Shown: positions 36,702 through 47,208, numbered from the stretch's first letter. The stretch is DNA of 64,000 nucleotides from Elusimicrobia bacterium UBA5214 (GCA_002412545.1 DHVG01000001.1:206766-270765), one strand, 5' to 3'. Translations and numbers: made by a program. Notes: a model not told the origin generated them from the letters alone.

Positions 36702-37615
36702 TTGCTATTTTTTTCTGTCGGTTGTGGTGTTTCCTTCTTGGGAGGAAGTTCTTCCTTTTTTCGGGTTTCGTCTTCTTGGACATAACCACGCAAGAGCCAG
36801 TGTTTCTGAGCAGCGATGATCAGTTTTTTTACTTCTTCAACAGTTTTTTTTGCTTCTTCAATAGTTTCCTGGACTTTGGTCACTGTCGGTGGAGCTTGAG
36901 CCGCTGACTTTTCTAAATTTTGACTTGCCATTTCTAAGTTACCAAGAATTCTCTTTGTGGTGCTAAATACTTCTTCAGCATTTTTGTACATTTTTCTATC
37001 ATCTTTGAGCAAGTAACCAATACTTCCTTTACCTTCATTTAGTTCAGTAGTAATCTCCCGAATGTTTTTCAGGACTATAGACAGTTCACCTTCCGGAGAG
37101 ACTAATTTTTCCGTAATTTGAAAAATATTATCAGAAATTTTTTCTATATATTCCAGGGTCGGAGTAATTTTCTGGGCAATATCGGTTATTTCTACTGCCA
37201 TATGCGCAGAGATTTTATCTTCATTTTCCAGAATTGGTGAATCAACTGCCCCGAGCGTAATATTAAGAAATTTTTCACCGGCTAGACCTTCGCGAGCTAT
37301 ACTTACAATTGAATTGTTTCTAATTTTTTCTTGGAATTTTTTTCTTATCTTCATAACTACTTCAACTTTATTTTCCGGAGTGAAATTTACCGAATCAACT
37401 GTACCTACTTCAATACCCGCAAGTTTAACGATTGTCCCGGGAGTTAGACCATAACCTTCATTAAGTATAGTCCGGATACGGTAGTCCTGTTCGAACATTC
37501 CTTTCTTTTTCCCAACAAAGAAAAAGGTTAAAAGAAGAAAAATTAAAGAAAAAAGAACAAAAAAAGTGATAATTTTTTCTAAAGTTTTAATCGAATAACG
37601 ATGGATATAATGCAT
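36698..37615 (-). CDS. mlaD: MlaD-like MCE-domain protein
   Basis: N-terminal TM plus the MCE domain motif (LNEGYGLTPGTIVKLAGIEVGTVDSVNF). Sits in an mlaE-mlaF-mlaD gene order. Confidence 0.75.
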   Translation of the reverse strand: MHYIHRYSIKTLEKIITFFVLFSLIFLLLTFFFVGKKKGMFEQDYRIRTILNEGYGLTPGTIVKLAGIEVGTVDSVNFTPENKVEVVMKIRKKFQEKIRNNSIVSIAREGLAGEKFLNITLGAVDSPILENEDKISAHMAVEITDIAQKITPTLEYIEKISDNIFQITEKLVSPEGELSIVLKNIREITTELNEGKGSIGYLLKDDRKMYKNAEEVFSTTKRILGNLEMASQNLEKSAAQAPPTVTKVQETIEEAKKTVEEVKKLIIAAQKHWLLRGYVQEDETRKKEELPPKKETPQPTEKNSK

Positions 37616-37635
37616 TTCTCTCTCCTCAAATAATT

Positions 37636-38370
37636 CTACTTTATTTTTGGTAAATGAGCAATAAGTTTATCTTTTACATCTTCTAAATGTTCAAATACTG
37701 ATATTTTAGCCGATTCAATTATAGCTAAACGTTTGGCTAATCTTAACACCGTAGGAATATTATAAGTAGCCACTATAGAAGTGATACCATTTTCGTTAAC
37801 TTTCTTGATTATCTCGGAAACTATTTCTCCACCTAAAGTATCAAGTTCAGCAGTAGGTTCATCGTAAAAAACAATTTCTGGTTCCATTATCAATGCCCGG
37901 GCAATACTGGCTCGTTTTTTAATGTTTGGCGTAAGTTCAGCTGGGAATTTGTTTTGGTATTCTACAATTTCCAGAAGGTTCATTTTTTCTTTCACTTTAG
38001 CGAGGATACTTTCTTCATCTAAGTTAGTGTGATAGCGTAAAGGTAAAGCAAGATTATCAATTATCCGCATATTACTCAGAAGTGCTGATTCTTGAAATAC
38101 AAAACCAATCTGAGAACGTATTTTTTGTAATTCACTGCTGGGGATGTTGTTAAGGTCAATTCCTTTGAATTTTACTGTCCCATTTGACGGTTTAAGTAGA
38201 CCAATACATAATTTGAGTAAATCGCTTTTATGTGAACCGCTGGGTGCAAAAATGACAAAAATTTCACCGGCATAAATTTGTAAACTAAACTCGGCAAATA
38301 CTTTTTCTCCATCAAGAGTAAAATAAACATTTTCTAATTCTAATACTATTGGGGCACTCAGGTTATCCAT
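37636..38370 (-). CDS. mlaF: MlaF-like ABC transporter ATP-binding protein
   Basis: Walker A-like motif (APSGSHKSDLLKL) and Walker B (IVFYDEPTAELD) in an ABC ATPase domain. Overlaps mlaE. Confidence 0.7.
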   Translation of the reverse strand: MDNLSAPIVLELENVYFTLDGEKVFAEFSLQIYAGEIFVIFAPSGSHKSDLLKLCIGLLKPSNGTVKFKGIDLNNIPSSELQKIRSQIGFVFQESALLSNMRIIDNLALPLRYHTNLDEESILAKVKEKMNLLEIVEYQNKFPAELTPNIKKRASIARALIMEPEIVFYDEPTAELDTLGGEIVSEIIKKVNENGITSIVATYNIPTVLRLAKRLAIIESAKISVFEHLEDVKDKLIAHLPKIK

Positions 38371-39166
38371 AAGTCAAGACGGTAACCGTACCATTAAGAA
38401 TAATAATGAAAATTATTGAATTAACGATTGCTCTCGTTGTCTGTTGTGGTATTTCCGTAGGTGATATTTTTACCGATAGCCCATGGTAGCAACTAATCAG
38501 CGAAATAATTAACCCGAAAGATAAACTCTTCAAGAGACAGATGAAAATATCTTTGAAACTTAAAGCCGAAATTAAGCTACTAAAAAGAGTATATAATGAT
38601 GCTTTAAGAAGGAAGGCAGAAACAATAAATCCGCCAAGGATAGAAACAAAATTAAAATACAAAGTTAAACAAAACATCGCTACAATACATCCGATAATTC
38701 GTGGGAAAATAATTAGATGGAATGGATTGATACCCATCACTTCTAAGACATCAATTTCGTTGGAAATTCTCATTGTCCCGATTTCCGTAGCAATCGCTGA
38801 ACCGGAACGGCTAATTACTAAAAATGCAGTCAGTAAAGGGCTCATTTCTCGGACAATTGCTAAAACCAGTATTTTACCGATTAAATTTACCGCTCCGACT
38901 TTTGACAACTGGGGTACAGCTTGGAGAATTACAATTACTCCTAAGGATAAGGCAATTACACTGACAATCAACAAAGCGTCAATACCGGTAAAAATAATTT
39001 GGTTTAAAGTAATTTTTCTTACTATTCTTCTGCCTTCTAAGGGAGCAAGAAAAAATATTTTTCCAGTTAAATATAACAGAAGAAAAAGGTCAGAAAGATA
39101 TCTAAAAAATGAAAGTATTCTTTTGTCAATAGTTCGAGTTATCTTATTTATTATTTCCCACAGCAT
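38363..39166 (-). CDS. mlaE: MlaE-like ABC transporter permease
   Basis: About 260-aa polytopic membrane protein with the MlaE/YrbE topology, upstream of mlaF-mlaD. Confidence 0.7.
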   Translation of the reverse strand: MLWEIINKITRTIDKRILSFFRYLSDLFLLLYLTGKIFFLAPLEGRRIVRKITLNQIIFTGIDALLIVSVIALSLGVIVILQAVPQLSKVGAVNLIGKILVLAIVREMSPLLTAFLVISRSGSAIATEIGTMRISNEIDVLEVMGINPFHLIIFPRIIGCIVAMFCLTLYFNFVSILGGFIVSAFLLKASLYTLFSSLISALSFKDIFICLLKSLSFGLIISLISCYHGLSVKISPTEIPQQTTRAIVNSIIFIIILNGTVTVLTYG

Positions 39167-41763
39167 TTTTTATATTTTTTTCCACTACCACAAGGACAAG
39201 GGTCATTCCGACCAATCTTTTTCGGAAGATTAACCGATTCTTTTGAAGAACCAGAAGTAACCAACACCGGTTCTTTTTCTTTCCTTGGTGCACCGCTAAT
39301 CACTGGAGTTGCTCTTCTTACTGGTTGAGGTACAATTTGCAGACGGAAAAGATACTCTAAAGTCTCTTCACGGATACGACGCATCATATTCTGAAATAGA
39401 GCATTCGATTCGCTTTTATATTCTATGAGAGGGTCCTTCTGTCCGTAAGCACGTAAACCGATTCCTTTCCGTAACTGGTCTAAGTCATATAGATGCTCCT
39501 TCCAGCAAGTATCAATTACCTGTAAAAGGACCATTCTTTCTAAATGACGGATTAAATCCTTGCCAAGTTGATTTTCACGCATTTCGTAAGCAGTGGAAAG
39601 ATTTTTTTGTAAATACTCTACAAGATTTTCTTTCTTAAAAGTTAAAATTCTTTCTTTCTCTAAATTAAGTTCAATTCCGTAAACTCGCCGGAGCCAAATT
39701 TTTAGGTTATCTAAATCCCAATTTTCGGCATATTTATCGGTAGCATAGGTATCGGTTTTTTCCTCAATACTTTCGTCAAGCATATCTCTGATTCGTCCGG
39801 AGACATCTTCACCATCTAAAATTGCATTTCTTAAGGCGTAGATTGCCTCTCGTTGCATATTCATTACATTGTCATATTCAAGTAATTGCTTACGAATATC
39901 AAAATTTGTCGCTTCTACTCTTGCCTGTGCTTGTTCAATTGCTTTACTTATCCAGGGATGTTCAATTTGTTCCCCTTCCTGCATACCTAATTTTTCCATT
40001 AACGGTGCAATCCGGCCTGAACCAAAAAGACGCATCAGTTCATCTTCTAAAGAAAGATAAAATCGTGATGAACCGGGGTCACCCTGTCTTCCCGAGCGTC
40101 CGCGGAGTTGGTTATCAATTCGTCTCGCTTCGTGTCTTTCCGTACCAAGTATATGTAGTCCACCTAAAGAAACGACAAATTTCTGTTCTTCAAGGTCAGG
40201 AGGATTACCCCCAAGGATAATATCGGTTCCTCTTCCCGCCATATTCGTAGCAATAGTTACCATACTTTTCCGTCCGGCTTGAGCAATAATTTGTGCTTCC
40301 ATTTCGTGGTATTTAGCATTAAGTACATTATGCGGAACACCTTTACGGCGCAGTGTAGCGGAAAGTTTTTCACTTTTTTCAATTGACCTTGTTCCGACTA
40401 ATACCGGCTGTCCTTTTTTCCATAAATCTTCAATTTCATTAATTATTGCATTATCTTTTTCTTTCTCGGTTTTATAAATTGCATCAGGATAATCAAGACG
40501 AATCATTTGTTTATTTGGAGGCACTACCACCACGTCAAGTTTGTAAACACTGAAGAATTCTTCCGCTGAGGTTAATGCTGTGCCGGTCATCCCGGCAAGT
40601 TTTTTATAAAGACGGAAAAAATTTTGAAAAGTAATTGTAGCTAAAGTTTGGTTTTCTTCGGCAATCCTTAAATTTTCTTTCGCTTCAATTGCTTGGTGTA
40701 AACCTTCTGACCAACGTCTTCCGGGCATTAAACGTCCGGTGAATTCATCAACAATTACTACTTGACCATCTTTAACTACATAATCAACATCACGTTGGAA
40801 AAGTTTATGTGCCCGTAATGCCTGGGAGATATGGTGAACCCATTCCGATTGGATATTTTCATATAAATTTTTTACTCCGATTAATCTTTCACATTTAGCG
40901 ATTCCCTGGTCAGTCAGAGTTACATTTTTTGCTTTTTCGTCAAGGACATAGTCATATCCTTTAGTTAAATCAATACCTTTATATTTAGCGTCAATTTCTT
41001 CGGCCTCGCTGATAAATTTACCTTTAAGTTGCGGTACAATACGGTTAATGATGTAATATTTATCGGTAGATTCTTCGGCTGGTCCGGAGATGATTAATGG
41101 TGTCCTCGCTTCATCAATTAAAATAAAATCTACTTCGTCAACAATTGCGTAGTTTAATTCGCGTAAAACACGGTCTTCTTTACGCACGACCATATTATCG
41201 CGTAAATAATCAAAACCAATTTCGTTATTCGTTACATAAGTAATGTCACACTGGTATGCTTCTTTCCGTGTTTCATTATCTAAGTCATGCTGGATATATC
41301 CCACTTTTAAACCAAGAAATTCAAAGATTGGACCCATCCAATAACGGTCACGTTTAGCTAAATAATCGTTCACCGTAACAATGTGTACACCTTTACCTTC
41401 TAAAGCATTAAGATAAGCCGATAAAGTAGCGACCAAAGTTTTACCTTCACCGGTTTTCATTTCGGCAATTTTGCCCTGATGCAGAACTATCCCACCCATC
41501 AGTTGCACATCAAAATGTCTTAACCCGATAGTGCGTTTGCCTACTTCCCGAACTACGGCGAAAGTTTCCGGGAGAAGGTCGTCAAGTGTTTCCCCCTTGT
41601 TTAAGCGTTCTTTAAATTCAACAGTTTTTGCGGCTAATTCTTTATCCGCAAGGGCAGAAATATCGGGTTCTAAAGAATTTATCTCTTCAGCAATTGGTTG
41701 CAAACGACGTAAATCGCGTTGATTTTTTGACCCTAAAATTAGACGCAAAATTAAGTTCAACAT
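39151..41763 (-). CDS. secA: Preprotein translocase ATPase SecA
   Basis: DEAD-like motor motifs, preprotein cross-linking domain, and the C-terminal zinc-binding tail [15 protein letters not shown]. Confidence 0.95.
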   Translation of the reverse strand: MLNLILRLILGSKNQRDLRRLQPIAEEINSLEPDISALADKELAAKTVEFKERLNKGETLDDLLPETFAVVREVGKRTIGLRHFDVQLMGGIVLHQGKIAEMKTGEGKTLVATLSAYLNALEGKGVHIVTVNDYLAKRDRYWMGPIFEFLGLKVGYIQHDLDNETRKEAYQCDITYVTNNEIGFDYLRDNMVVRKEDRVLRELNYAIVDEVDFILIDEARTPLIISGPAEESTDKYYIINRIVPQLKGKFISEAEEIDAKYKGIDLTKGYDYVLDEKAKNVTLTDQGIAKCERLIGVKNLYENIQSEWVHHISQALRAHKLFQRDVDYVVKDGQVVIVDEFTGRLMPGRRWSEGLHQAIEAKENLRIAEENQTLATITFQNFFRLYKKLAGMTGTALTSAEEFFSVYKLDVVVVPPNKQMIRLDYPDAIYKTEKEKDNAIINEIEDLWKKGQPVLVGTRSIEKSEKLSATLRRKGVPHNVLNAKYHEMEAQIIAQAGRKSMVTIATNMAGRGTDIILGGNPPDLEEQKFVVSLGGLHILGTERHEARRIDNQLRGRSGRQGDPGSSRFYLSLEDELMRLFGSGRIAPLMEKLGMQEGEQIEHPWISKAIEQAQARVEATNFDIRKQLLEYDNVMNMQREAIYALRNAILDGEDVSGRIRDMLDESIEEKTDTYATDKYAENWDLDNLKIWLRRVYGIELNLEKERILTFKKENLVEYLQKNLSTAYEMRENQLGKDLIRHLERMVLLQVIDTCWKEHLYDLDQLRKGIGLRAYGQKDPLIEYKSESNALFQNMMRRIREETLEYLFRLQIVPQPVRRATPVISGAPRKEKEPVLVTSGSSKESVNLPKKIGRNDPCPCGSGKKYKKCCGK

Positions 41764-41904
41764 TTACCTAAATATTGATTACAGCGATTATTAAAGGCGA
41801 TTACAGCGATTTTATCTATGTTGTTTATCACCATCATCGTTATTTTATCGTTGTAATCAAAGATTGTTGATTTTCCAACAATCTTATTGTACCAGATTTT
41901 TCCT

Positions 41905-42000
41905 AAAAAAACAAATCCCCCTCTTTTCTTGCTTGCCTCTGCGTCTCTCGACGCAAGTCGTGGCAGCGGGCGAAAGCAAGAAGGGGGGATTTGTTTTTTT
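41905..42000 (-). terminator. Long imperfect hairpin flanked by an A-run (left) and a T-run (right): bidirectional intrinsic terminator downstream of cspA
   Basis: AAAAAAACAAATCCCCCTCTTTTCTTGC...GCAAGAAGGGGGGATTTGTTTTTTT, read directly from the sequence. Confidence 0.7.
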
Positions 42001-42031
42001 CTGTCAATGCCTTTAAGGACTACTTGCAATA

Positions 42032-42235
42032 TTACTTCGCTTTGACTACATTTGCTGCTTTTGGTCCCTTGTCTGAGTCAACTATATCAAATTCAACAGC
42101 ATCACCTTCGCGTAGGGTCTTAAAACCGTCTCCCTTAATTGAAGAGAAATGGACAAACACATCACCTGAACCGTCATCTTTCGTAATGAAACCATAGCCT
42201 TTGCGGTCATTGAACCATTTTACTTTACCACGCAC
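42032..42235 (-). CDS. cspA: Cold-shock protein (CspA family)
   Basis: [17 protein letters not shown]...[10 protein letters not shown] carries RNP1 and RNP2 motifs. 67 aa. Confidence 0.9.
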   Translation of the reverse strand: MRGKVKWFNDRKGYGFITKDDGSGDVFVHFSSIKGDGFKTLREGDAVEFDIVDSDKGPKAANVVKAK

Positions 42236-42324
42236 TTCTCAGTTTACTCCTCTGTTTTCCATTTTGCTACTCCCCGATGTTACATCGGGAAGCAAGTCGA
42301 CCAGTTACAAAAAATCTAATAAAT

Positions 42325-43236
42325 TTATATTGAGATAATCCGTCCCAGAATATAAGCGAAACTTAATATCAGTCCGATAATTAGATGCAACTGTATTGTT
42401 CCCGCCATCGCCGGGATAAGTCCTTGAACATCAGCGTAAGACCTTAATGCAGTTTTACCAGATTTAATCGCTATCGGAAGAGTGAGAAAAGTCAACAACG
42501 CTAAGTAAGGAACTGCTTTCAGTCCCAGAGCAAAAAGAACCGTTAGATAAATCAACAGCAAAAGTAAAACATATCCCCGTGAAGCTTTTTCCCTTCCTAA
42601 AAGAACAACAAGATGATTTTTCCCCGCGGTTTTATCCGGTTCATAATCGGGGAATTCGTTAATATAAAGTATCCCCCCAACCAGAAGTCCAACCGGTAAG
42701 GAAACAAGGAATGCTTCCCAGGATAAAGTTTTCGCTTGGACATAATATGCACCAAGGACGGATAAAGGTCCCAAACAAAGAGCAACGACTAATTCACCTA
42801 ACCCGTGGTAATCAAGAAATAAGGGTGGTGCAGTATAAGAATAATTCAAAACAAAACCAATCAGGATAATATAAAGTAAAACCGGTCCAGTGCGATAAAC
42901 CAAATAAATACCAATAACTAACGAAATTAAATAAGCAATAATTGCACCTCTGAGGAACGCCTTTGCCGGAAGTAACCCTTTTTGGATAATCTGTGAACCA
43001 CCAGAGAACGGTGTAGGTTGGGGATTAATATTATCTGAAGGACGGTCAAAATAATCGTTAATTAGATTTACTGCTGCATTAAGACTGACATTAGCAATTA
43101 AGGCAAGAATAAATAAAAATAATGAAGAGAATTTACCCTGATAGAAAGCAACCGCTGTGCCTAAAATTACGGGTATTGCTGCGGCTTGAAAAAATGGTGC
43201 CCGTAATGCTCTAATCCATAAAATAAATCGGTTCAT
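42325..43236 (-). CDS. UbiA-family aromatic/polyprenyl prenyltransferase (membrane)
   Basis: Eight or nine TM helices and the NDYFDRPSD Asp-rich motif. Confidence 0.7.
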   Translation of the reverse strand: MNRFILWIRALRAPFFQAAAIPVILGTAVAFYQGKFSSLFLFILALIANVSLNAAVNLINDYFDRPSDNINPQPTPFSGGSQIIQKGLLPAKAFLRGAIIAYLISLVIGIYLVYRTGPVLLYIILIGFVLNYSYTAPPLFLDYHGLGELVVALCLGPLSVLGAYYVQAKTLSWEAFLVSLPVGLLVGGILYINEFPDYEPDKTAGKNHLVVLLGREKASRGYVLLLLLIYLTVLFALGLKAVPYLALLTFLTLPIAIKSGKTALRSYADVQGLIPAMAGTIQLHLIIGLILSFAYILGRIISI

Positions 43237-43304
43237 AAGCTTAACAAAACTTGTTTAAGTTTACAATTTCTTAAAAACTTTGTCAAGTGTTTCCAAAAAA
43301 ATAT

Positions 43305-43610
43305 TTATCTTTTCTTAAACCTTTTTTCTATCTTGAGCAACAGGGTTTTTTTCTTTAATCCTTGCGAATATCCGCCTAACGAACCATCCTTACGGATTAC
43401 CCGATGACAGGGAATAATTACCGGGAAAGGGTTATTCTTTAATGCTTGTCCTACCGCACGGGCTGCTTTCGCTGAACCGACTTTTTTTGCTACCCAACTA
43501 TAGGAGCGGACCTCACCTTTTGGGATTTGGGCGACTACTTTCCAAACTTTCTGGTAAAATTCAGGATATTTTTTTATTATTTCTTTTGTAAATAATTTTT
43601 TATTGCACAA
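43305..43610 (-). CDS. ogt: Methylated-DNA--protein-cysteine methyltransferase, stand-alone C-terminal DNA-binding/active-site domain (Ogt-like, 101 aa)
   Basis: IPCHRVI active-site motif with conserved flanking (VIIPCHRVIRKDGSLGGY). Confidence 0.75.
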   Translation of the reverse strand: MCNKKLFTKEIIKKYPEFYQKVWKVVAQIPKGEVRSYSWVAKKVGSAKAARAVGQALKNNPFPVIIPCHRVIRKDGSLGGYSQGLKKKTLLLKIEKRFKKR

Positions 43611-44916
43611 TTCTATCTAAATAAACAATTTTTTCTTTTGCGTTATAACCGAAGAGTTCGGCATATCTTCCCCAGGAAATAAGTGTCCTAAAAATTCGGT
43701 CCGGATTTTCAGTCGGTAAAAGTAAAATTAACTCGTCAATAATTACTTCCCGTGGAAGTTTCGTTTCTTTACTCTTTTTGAGCATATCAATAATAATCTT
43801 TGCTAAACCAAGATTTTGTAGTTGTTTATTCAAAATAATCTTGCGCTCATTAATATCACTACCAACAAACTTTTTACCTAAATCAGTAAAAATAATTTCG
43901 TGTTTCATACTGTCAATGAAATCAAGCAATTCTGCTGCTTTCACAATGAGAGCGATTCTTCCGAAATCTTTTCCTACCTCGCCAGCAAAATCAAAAATAT
44001 CTAATCTCCCTTGATTATCGTTTAGTGCTTCCAAAAGTCCAATAATTTCGGTCACTTCCGCACGCGGGACGGCATCCACACGGAAAGGTAACTTGAGTAA
44101 TTCGGCCTTGACTTCTACTGTTGGTTTCTCGGGGATAACCACACTGGTGATAATATCTTGGATTTTCTCTACCATTTCCATAAATAATCCCGAACGATAA
44201 TCCCTCGGATAAGGAATGTTATTCTCAATAATTGTATGAATTTTTGCTGGCGGTGGGGTGAGGATTACAATCCGACTTGCCAAATAAACTACTTCCTCAA
44301 TATTGTGACTGACTAAAAATATTGACTTCGGATTTTTTTCATGGGCTAACCAGAGATTAAGCACCTCGTCTCTTAAATGTATTGCGGTCAAGAGGTCAAG
44401 TTCACTAAATGGTTCATCCAGGCAAAGTAATTCAGTATCCGAAACCAAAGCACGAGCAATACCGACTCGTTGTTTCATCCCCCCGGATAATTCTCTTGGG
44501 TAGGCTTCTTCAAACCCGTCAAGACCAATTTTGTCAATTACTTTACTAATCATTTCTTTTTGCATATCAAGGTCAATACTTTTGCCTTCAAAACCGACCG
44601 CAATATTTTCTTGCACCGTCAACCAAGGGAAAAGAGCAAACTTTTGGAAAACAATACTTGCTTGAGGATTTATCCCACTTAAGAGTTGCCCGTAAGATAA
44701 TACTTCTCCCTCGGTAGGTTTAATCAGACCGGCAAGAATTCTTAAAATTGTAGATTTTCCTGAACCGGAAGGACCAAGGAGAGACAAGACCTCACCGGTT
44801 TTTACCGGAAGATTAAAATTTTCTACAACTTTAAAGGATTGACCTGAAGGTTGAGGAAAATAATGAGAAATATTTTTTAATTCAGCAATAATGTTGTTAT
44901 TTGAATTTCCAGCCAT
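43600..44916 (-). CDS. ABC transporter ATP-binding protein (NitT/TauT-like) with an about 180-aa C-terminal extension of unknown function
   Basis: Walker A GPSGSGKST, signature LSGGMKQRVGIARAL, and Walker B LLCLDEPFSELD. The C-terminal about 180 aa has no recognisable motif. Confidence 0.7.
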   Translation of the reverse strand: MAGNSNNNIIAELKNISHYFPQPSGQSFKVVENFNLPVKTGEVLSLLGPSGSGKSTILRILAGLIKPTEGEVLSYGQLLSGINPQASIVFQKFALFPWLTVQENIAVGFEGKSIDLDMQKEMISKVIDKIGLDGFEEAYPRELSGGMKQRVGIARALVSDTELLCLDEPFSELDLLTAIHLRDEVLNLWLAHEKNPKSIFLVSHNIEEVVYLASRIVILTPPPAKIHTIIENNIPYPRDYRSGLFMEMVEKIQDIITSVVIPEKPTVEVKAELLKLPFRVDAVPRAEVTEIIGLLEALNDNQGRLDIFDFAGEVGKDFGRIALIVKAAELLDFIDSMKHEIIFTDLGKKFVGSDINERKIILNKQLQNLGLAKIIIDMLKKSKETKLPREVIIDELILLLPTENPDRIFRTLISWGRYAELFGYNAKEKIVYLDRIVQ

Positions 44917-44929
44917 TAGTTATACCTAC

Positions 44930-46645
44930 TTAGATAAGTGCATATTTTGTTCGGGCAATTGAATATAACCTTTTCCAAACGAGACGATTAAATAATACAA
45001 CCATTAAAGCCATCACTAAAACACTACCAGAAAGGAGAGAAAAGTCCCCTTTGGATGTAGATAGAGTAATCAATGAACCTAATCCAGTTGCTGAAATCGT
45101 TCGTCCTTTAAAGTGGATATATTCCGCAACAATACTGGCATTCCATGCTCCGCCCATCGCAGTAACCCAACCGGTAACTAAATAAGGAAAAATCGTCGGA
45201 AGAATTACTCTTCTCCAGAATTTTGTTTTCTCTAAATGGTAAATTTTTCCTACTTCCACCAAATCGGTCGGAATAGTTGTTGCTCCGGCAATCGTATTAA
45301 ACAAAATATACCATTGTGTTCCAAGCATCATTAAAATTACTGCACCAAATTGTAAACTGATTCCGAAATAATTCATTATTACTATTACCAGAGGAAAAAG
45401 CATTGGTGCCGGGAAAGAAGCTGCAATTTGTGTTACCGGTTGCAGTATTTTTGATAAACGAGGATTCATCCCAATGGCTACACCGGTCGGTATTGCCCAG
45501 ATTGAACCGATAAATAGAGATAATAAAGTACGCAACAAGGTTAAAGAACCTCTTCCTAAGATAGTAGACCAATCGGCAAAAGAAACTTTGCTTAAAAGTG
45601 AAAACAAATGAATTATTCCATCAAGAATAAAAAATGTAACCAAAATAAGTAAAGTCCAACGGAAAATCTTACTCAAAGAAGTAACTTTTCTCTGGTTTAC
45701 TTTCCTCTGGGAAAGTATTTCTTTTATCTTAAGCAAAACCTTCTTATTTAGATAATCTACAAGTAAACTAATAATTTTTGATTCTTGAAATAAATCAAGA
45801 ATAAACGAGTTAGAAATTACTGCTGACTTTGTCTCTTCAAATTTAAACTTCTGTGACCAGACGACTAATGGACGCCAGAGTAAACGGTCAACACCGATAA
45901 TCATCAGAATCATTGTTAAAATTGCATAAAACATCGCCTGGATATTACCTTGTTCAATGGCTACACTCATATAAGAACCAATACCGGGCAGACGAAAATC
46001 TTTATTCCCGAGAACGAATGCTTCACAGATAGTCAAAAAAAACCAACCACCAGCCATTGACATCATACTATTCCAAATCAGACCAATTGATGCATAAGGT
46101 AGTTCCAGTCGCAATAATTTTTCTAACCGTCCAAATTTCCATACTTTAACTGTATCAATAAGGTCCTGAGGAATTGATTTTAAAGAAGAATAAAAACTAA
46201 AAGTCATATTCCAGACCTGCCCACTGAAAATCATCAAAATACAAGCTAATTCTAATCCAATATTCCAATGCGGGAAAATTGAAATAAAGGAGATAACTAA
46301 CCCGGGTAAAAAACCAAGCACTGGAATACTTTGTAAAATATCTAATATTGGAATCATTATTTTTTCCGCCTTTTTGTTATGAGCAGCGACATAGCCATAA
46401 ATAATCGTAAAAATTAAAGAAAGAAAATATGCCACAAATCCTCGGGATAAAGAAAACAAGGTATATTTCGGTAATGACCATGGACTTAAACTTATCTCAA
46501 CTAATGGTTGAACCGGTGCCCCCCATCTTTGTGCAATTTTAAGTAATGCCCAAAAAGCACCGAAAATAAAAATAAAAATAATTAAATCGGCTAAAAAAAA
46601 AGTTTTCTCTAATTTAACCTGTGATTTGATTAAACTCATAAACAA
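44930..46645 (-). CDS. ABC transporter permease with two fused BPD-type transmembrane domains (NitT/TauT-like)
   Basis: 571 aa, about 12 TM helices in two halves. Adjacent to the ATPase. No substrate-binding protein gene nearby. Confidence 0.65.
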   Translation of the reverse strand: MFMSLIKSQVKLEKTFFLADLIIFIFIFGAFWALLKIAQRWGAPVQPLVEISLSPWSLPKYTLFSLSRGFVAYFLSLIFTIIYGYVAAHNKKAEKIMIPILDILQSIPVLGFLPGLVISFISIFPHWNIGLELACILMIFSGQVWNMTFSFYSSLKSIPQDLIDTVKVWKFGRLEKLLRLELPYASIGLIWNSMMSMAGGWFFLTICEAFVLGNKDFRLPGIGSYMSVAIEQGNIQAMFYAILTMILMIIGVDRLLWRPLVVWSQKFKFEETKSAVISNSFILDLFQESKIISLLVDYLNKKVLLKIKEILSQRKVNQRKVTSLSKIFRWTLLILVTFFILDGIIHLFSLLSKVSFADWSTILGRGSLTLLRTLLSLFIGSIWAIPTGVAIGMNPRLSKILQPVTQIAASFPAPMLFPLVIVIMNYFGISLQFGAVILMMLGTQWYILFNTIAGATTIPTDLVEVGKIYHLEKTKFWRRVILPTIFPYLVTGWVTAMGGAWNASIVAEYIHFKGRTISATGLGSLITLSTSKGDFSLLSGSVLVMALMVVLFNRLVWKRLYSIARTKYALI

Positions 46646-46767
46646 CTATTTTAATAAACCTTAAGGAAAAAGTCAAAAATTTTGTTATTTTAAATCAGGC
46701 AGGAATGAATTGTAGCCGAGCCTTAAGGCTCGGCTGAATTATTGAACATTAACAACCGTCCCTAATT

Positions 46768-46797
46768 CTAAAATTGACACGGTTACCGAAGTCAATA
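46768..46797. repeat. Direct repeat copy 1 (CTAAAATTGACACGGTTACCGAAGTCAATA), left flank of the Bro-N fragment
   Basis: 27 of 29 nt identical to copy 2 at 47110-47138. Both copies are followed by TGTCACC-like sequence. Confidence 0.6.
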
Positions 46798-47022
46798 ACA
46801 AAAGGTAACTTCCAATTTCAGTCGGTGACAAAATGTCACCACCTCACTTCCTTCTTCTCTTAATCTTTGAGCAAGTTTATTCCAATATTTTCTAGCCGTA
46901 TAATCATCAACTTGGTCGGTTAATACTCGCACTACATCCACAACCGAAAACCACCATTCATTGTTAAATAGTGATCTTCTGATTCTTTTGCCTTTGAATA
47001 ATACAATTTTAGTTGTTTCCAT
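46792..47022 (-). pseudogene. Truncated Bro-N/KilA-N-like (phage antirepressor N-terminal domain) gene fragment, 76 aa
   Basis: The stretch KGKRIRRSLFNNEWWFSVVDVVRVLTDQ fits the Bro-N pattern (IR...E.WF.a.DVa.aL). The ORF is too short for a complete domain and is isolated between direct repeats. Confidence 0.45.
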
Positions 47023-47109
47023 AATTTACTCCTATCAAATTTAAGATTTAATCAGTTTGTAATCCAAATTTCAAGGCATTGGGGAGCCGATTTCTCACCC
47101 GATAAATTT

Positions 47110-47138
47110 GAAAATTGGCACGGTTACCAAAGTCAATA
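47110..47138. repeat. Direct repeat copy 2 (GAAAATTGGCACGGTTACCAAAGTCAATA), right flank of the Bro-N fragment
   Basis: See copy 1 at 46768-46797. Confidence 0.6.
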
Positions 47139-47208
47139 TGTCACCCTGAACATAAGTGAAGGGTCTCACATTTCTGACCCCATTCCCCTCAAGTTGTGTC
47201 TTATTCTT

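Noticed and set aside
41757-42029. 90-aa ORF 41757..42029 (minus) between secA and cspA
   Set aside because: It overlaps the intrinsic terminator hairpin and short dispersed repeats and has low-complexity translation. The region is better explained as non-coding leader/terminator DNA.
43237-43304. Possible hairpin CTTAACAAAACTTGTTTAAG between ubiA-family gene and ogt-like gene
   Set aside because: Only about 5 bp can pair. That is too weak to call a terminator or operator.
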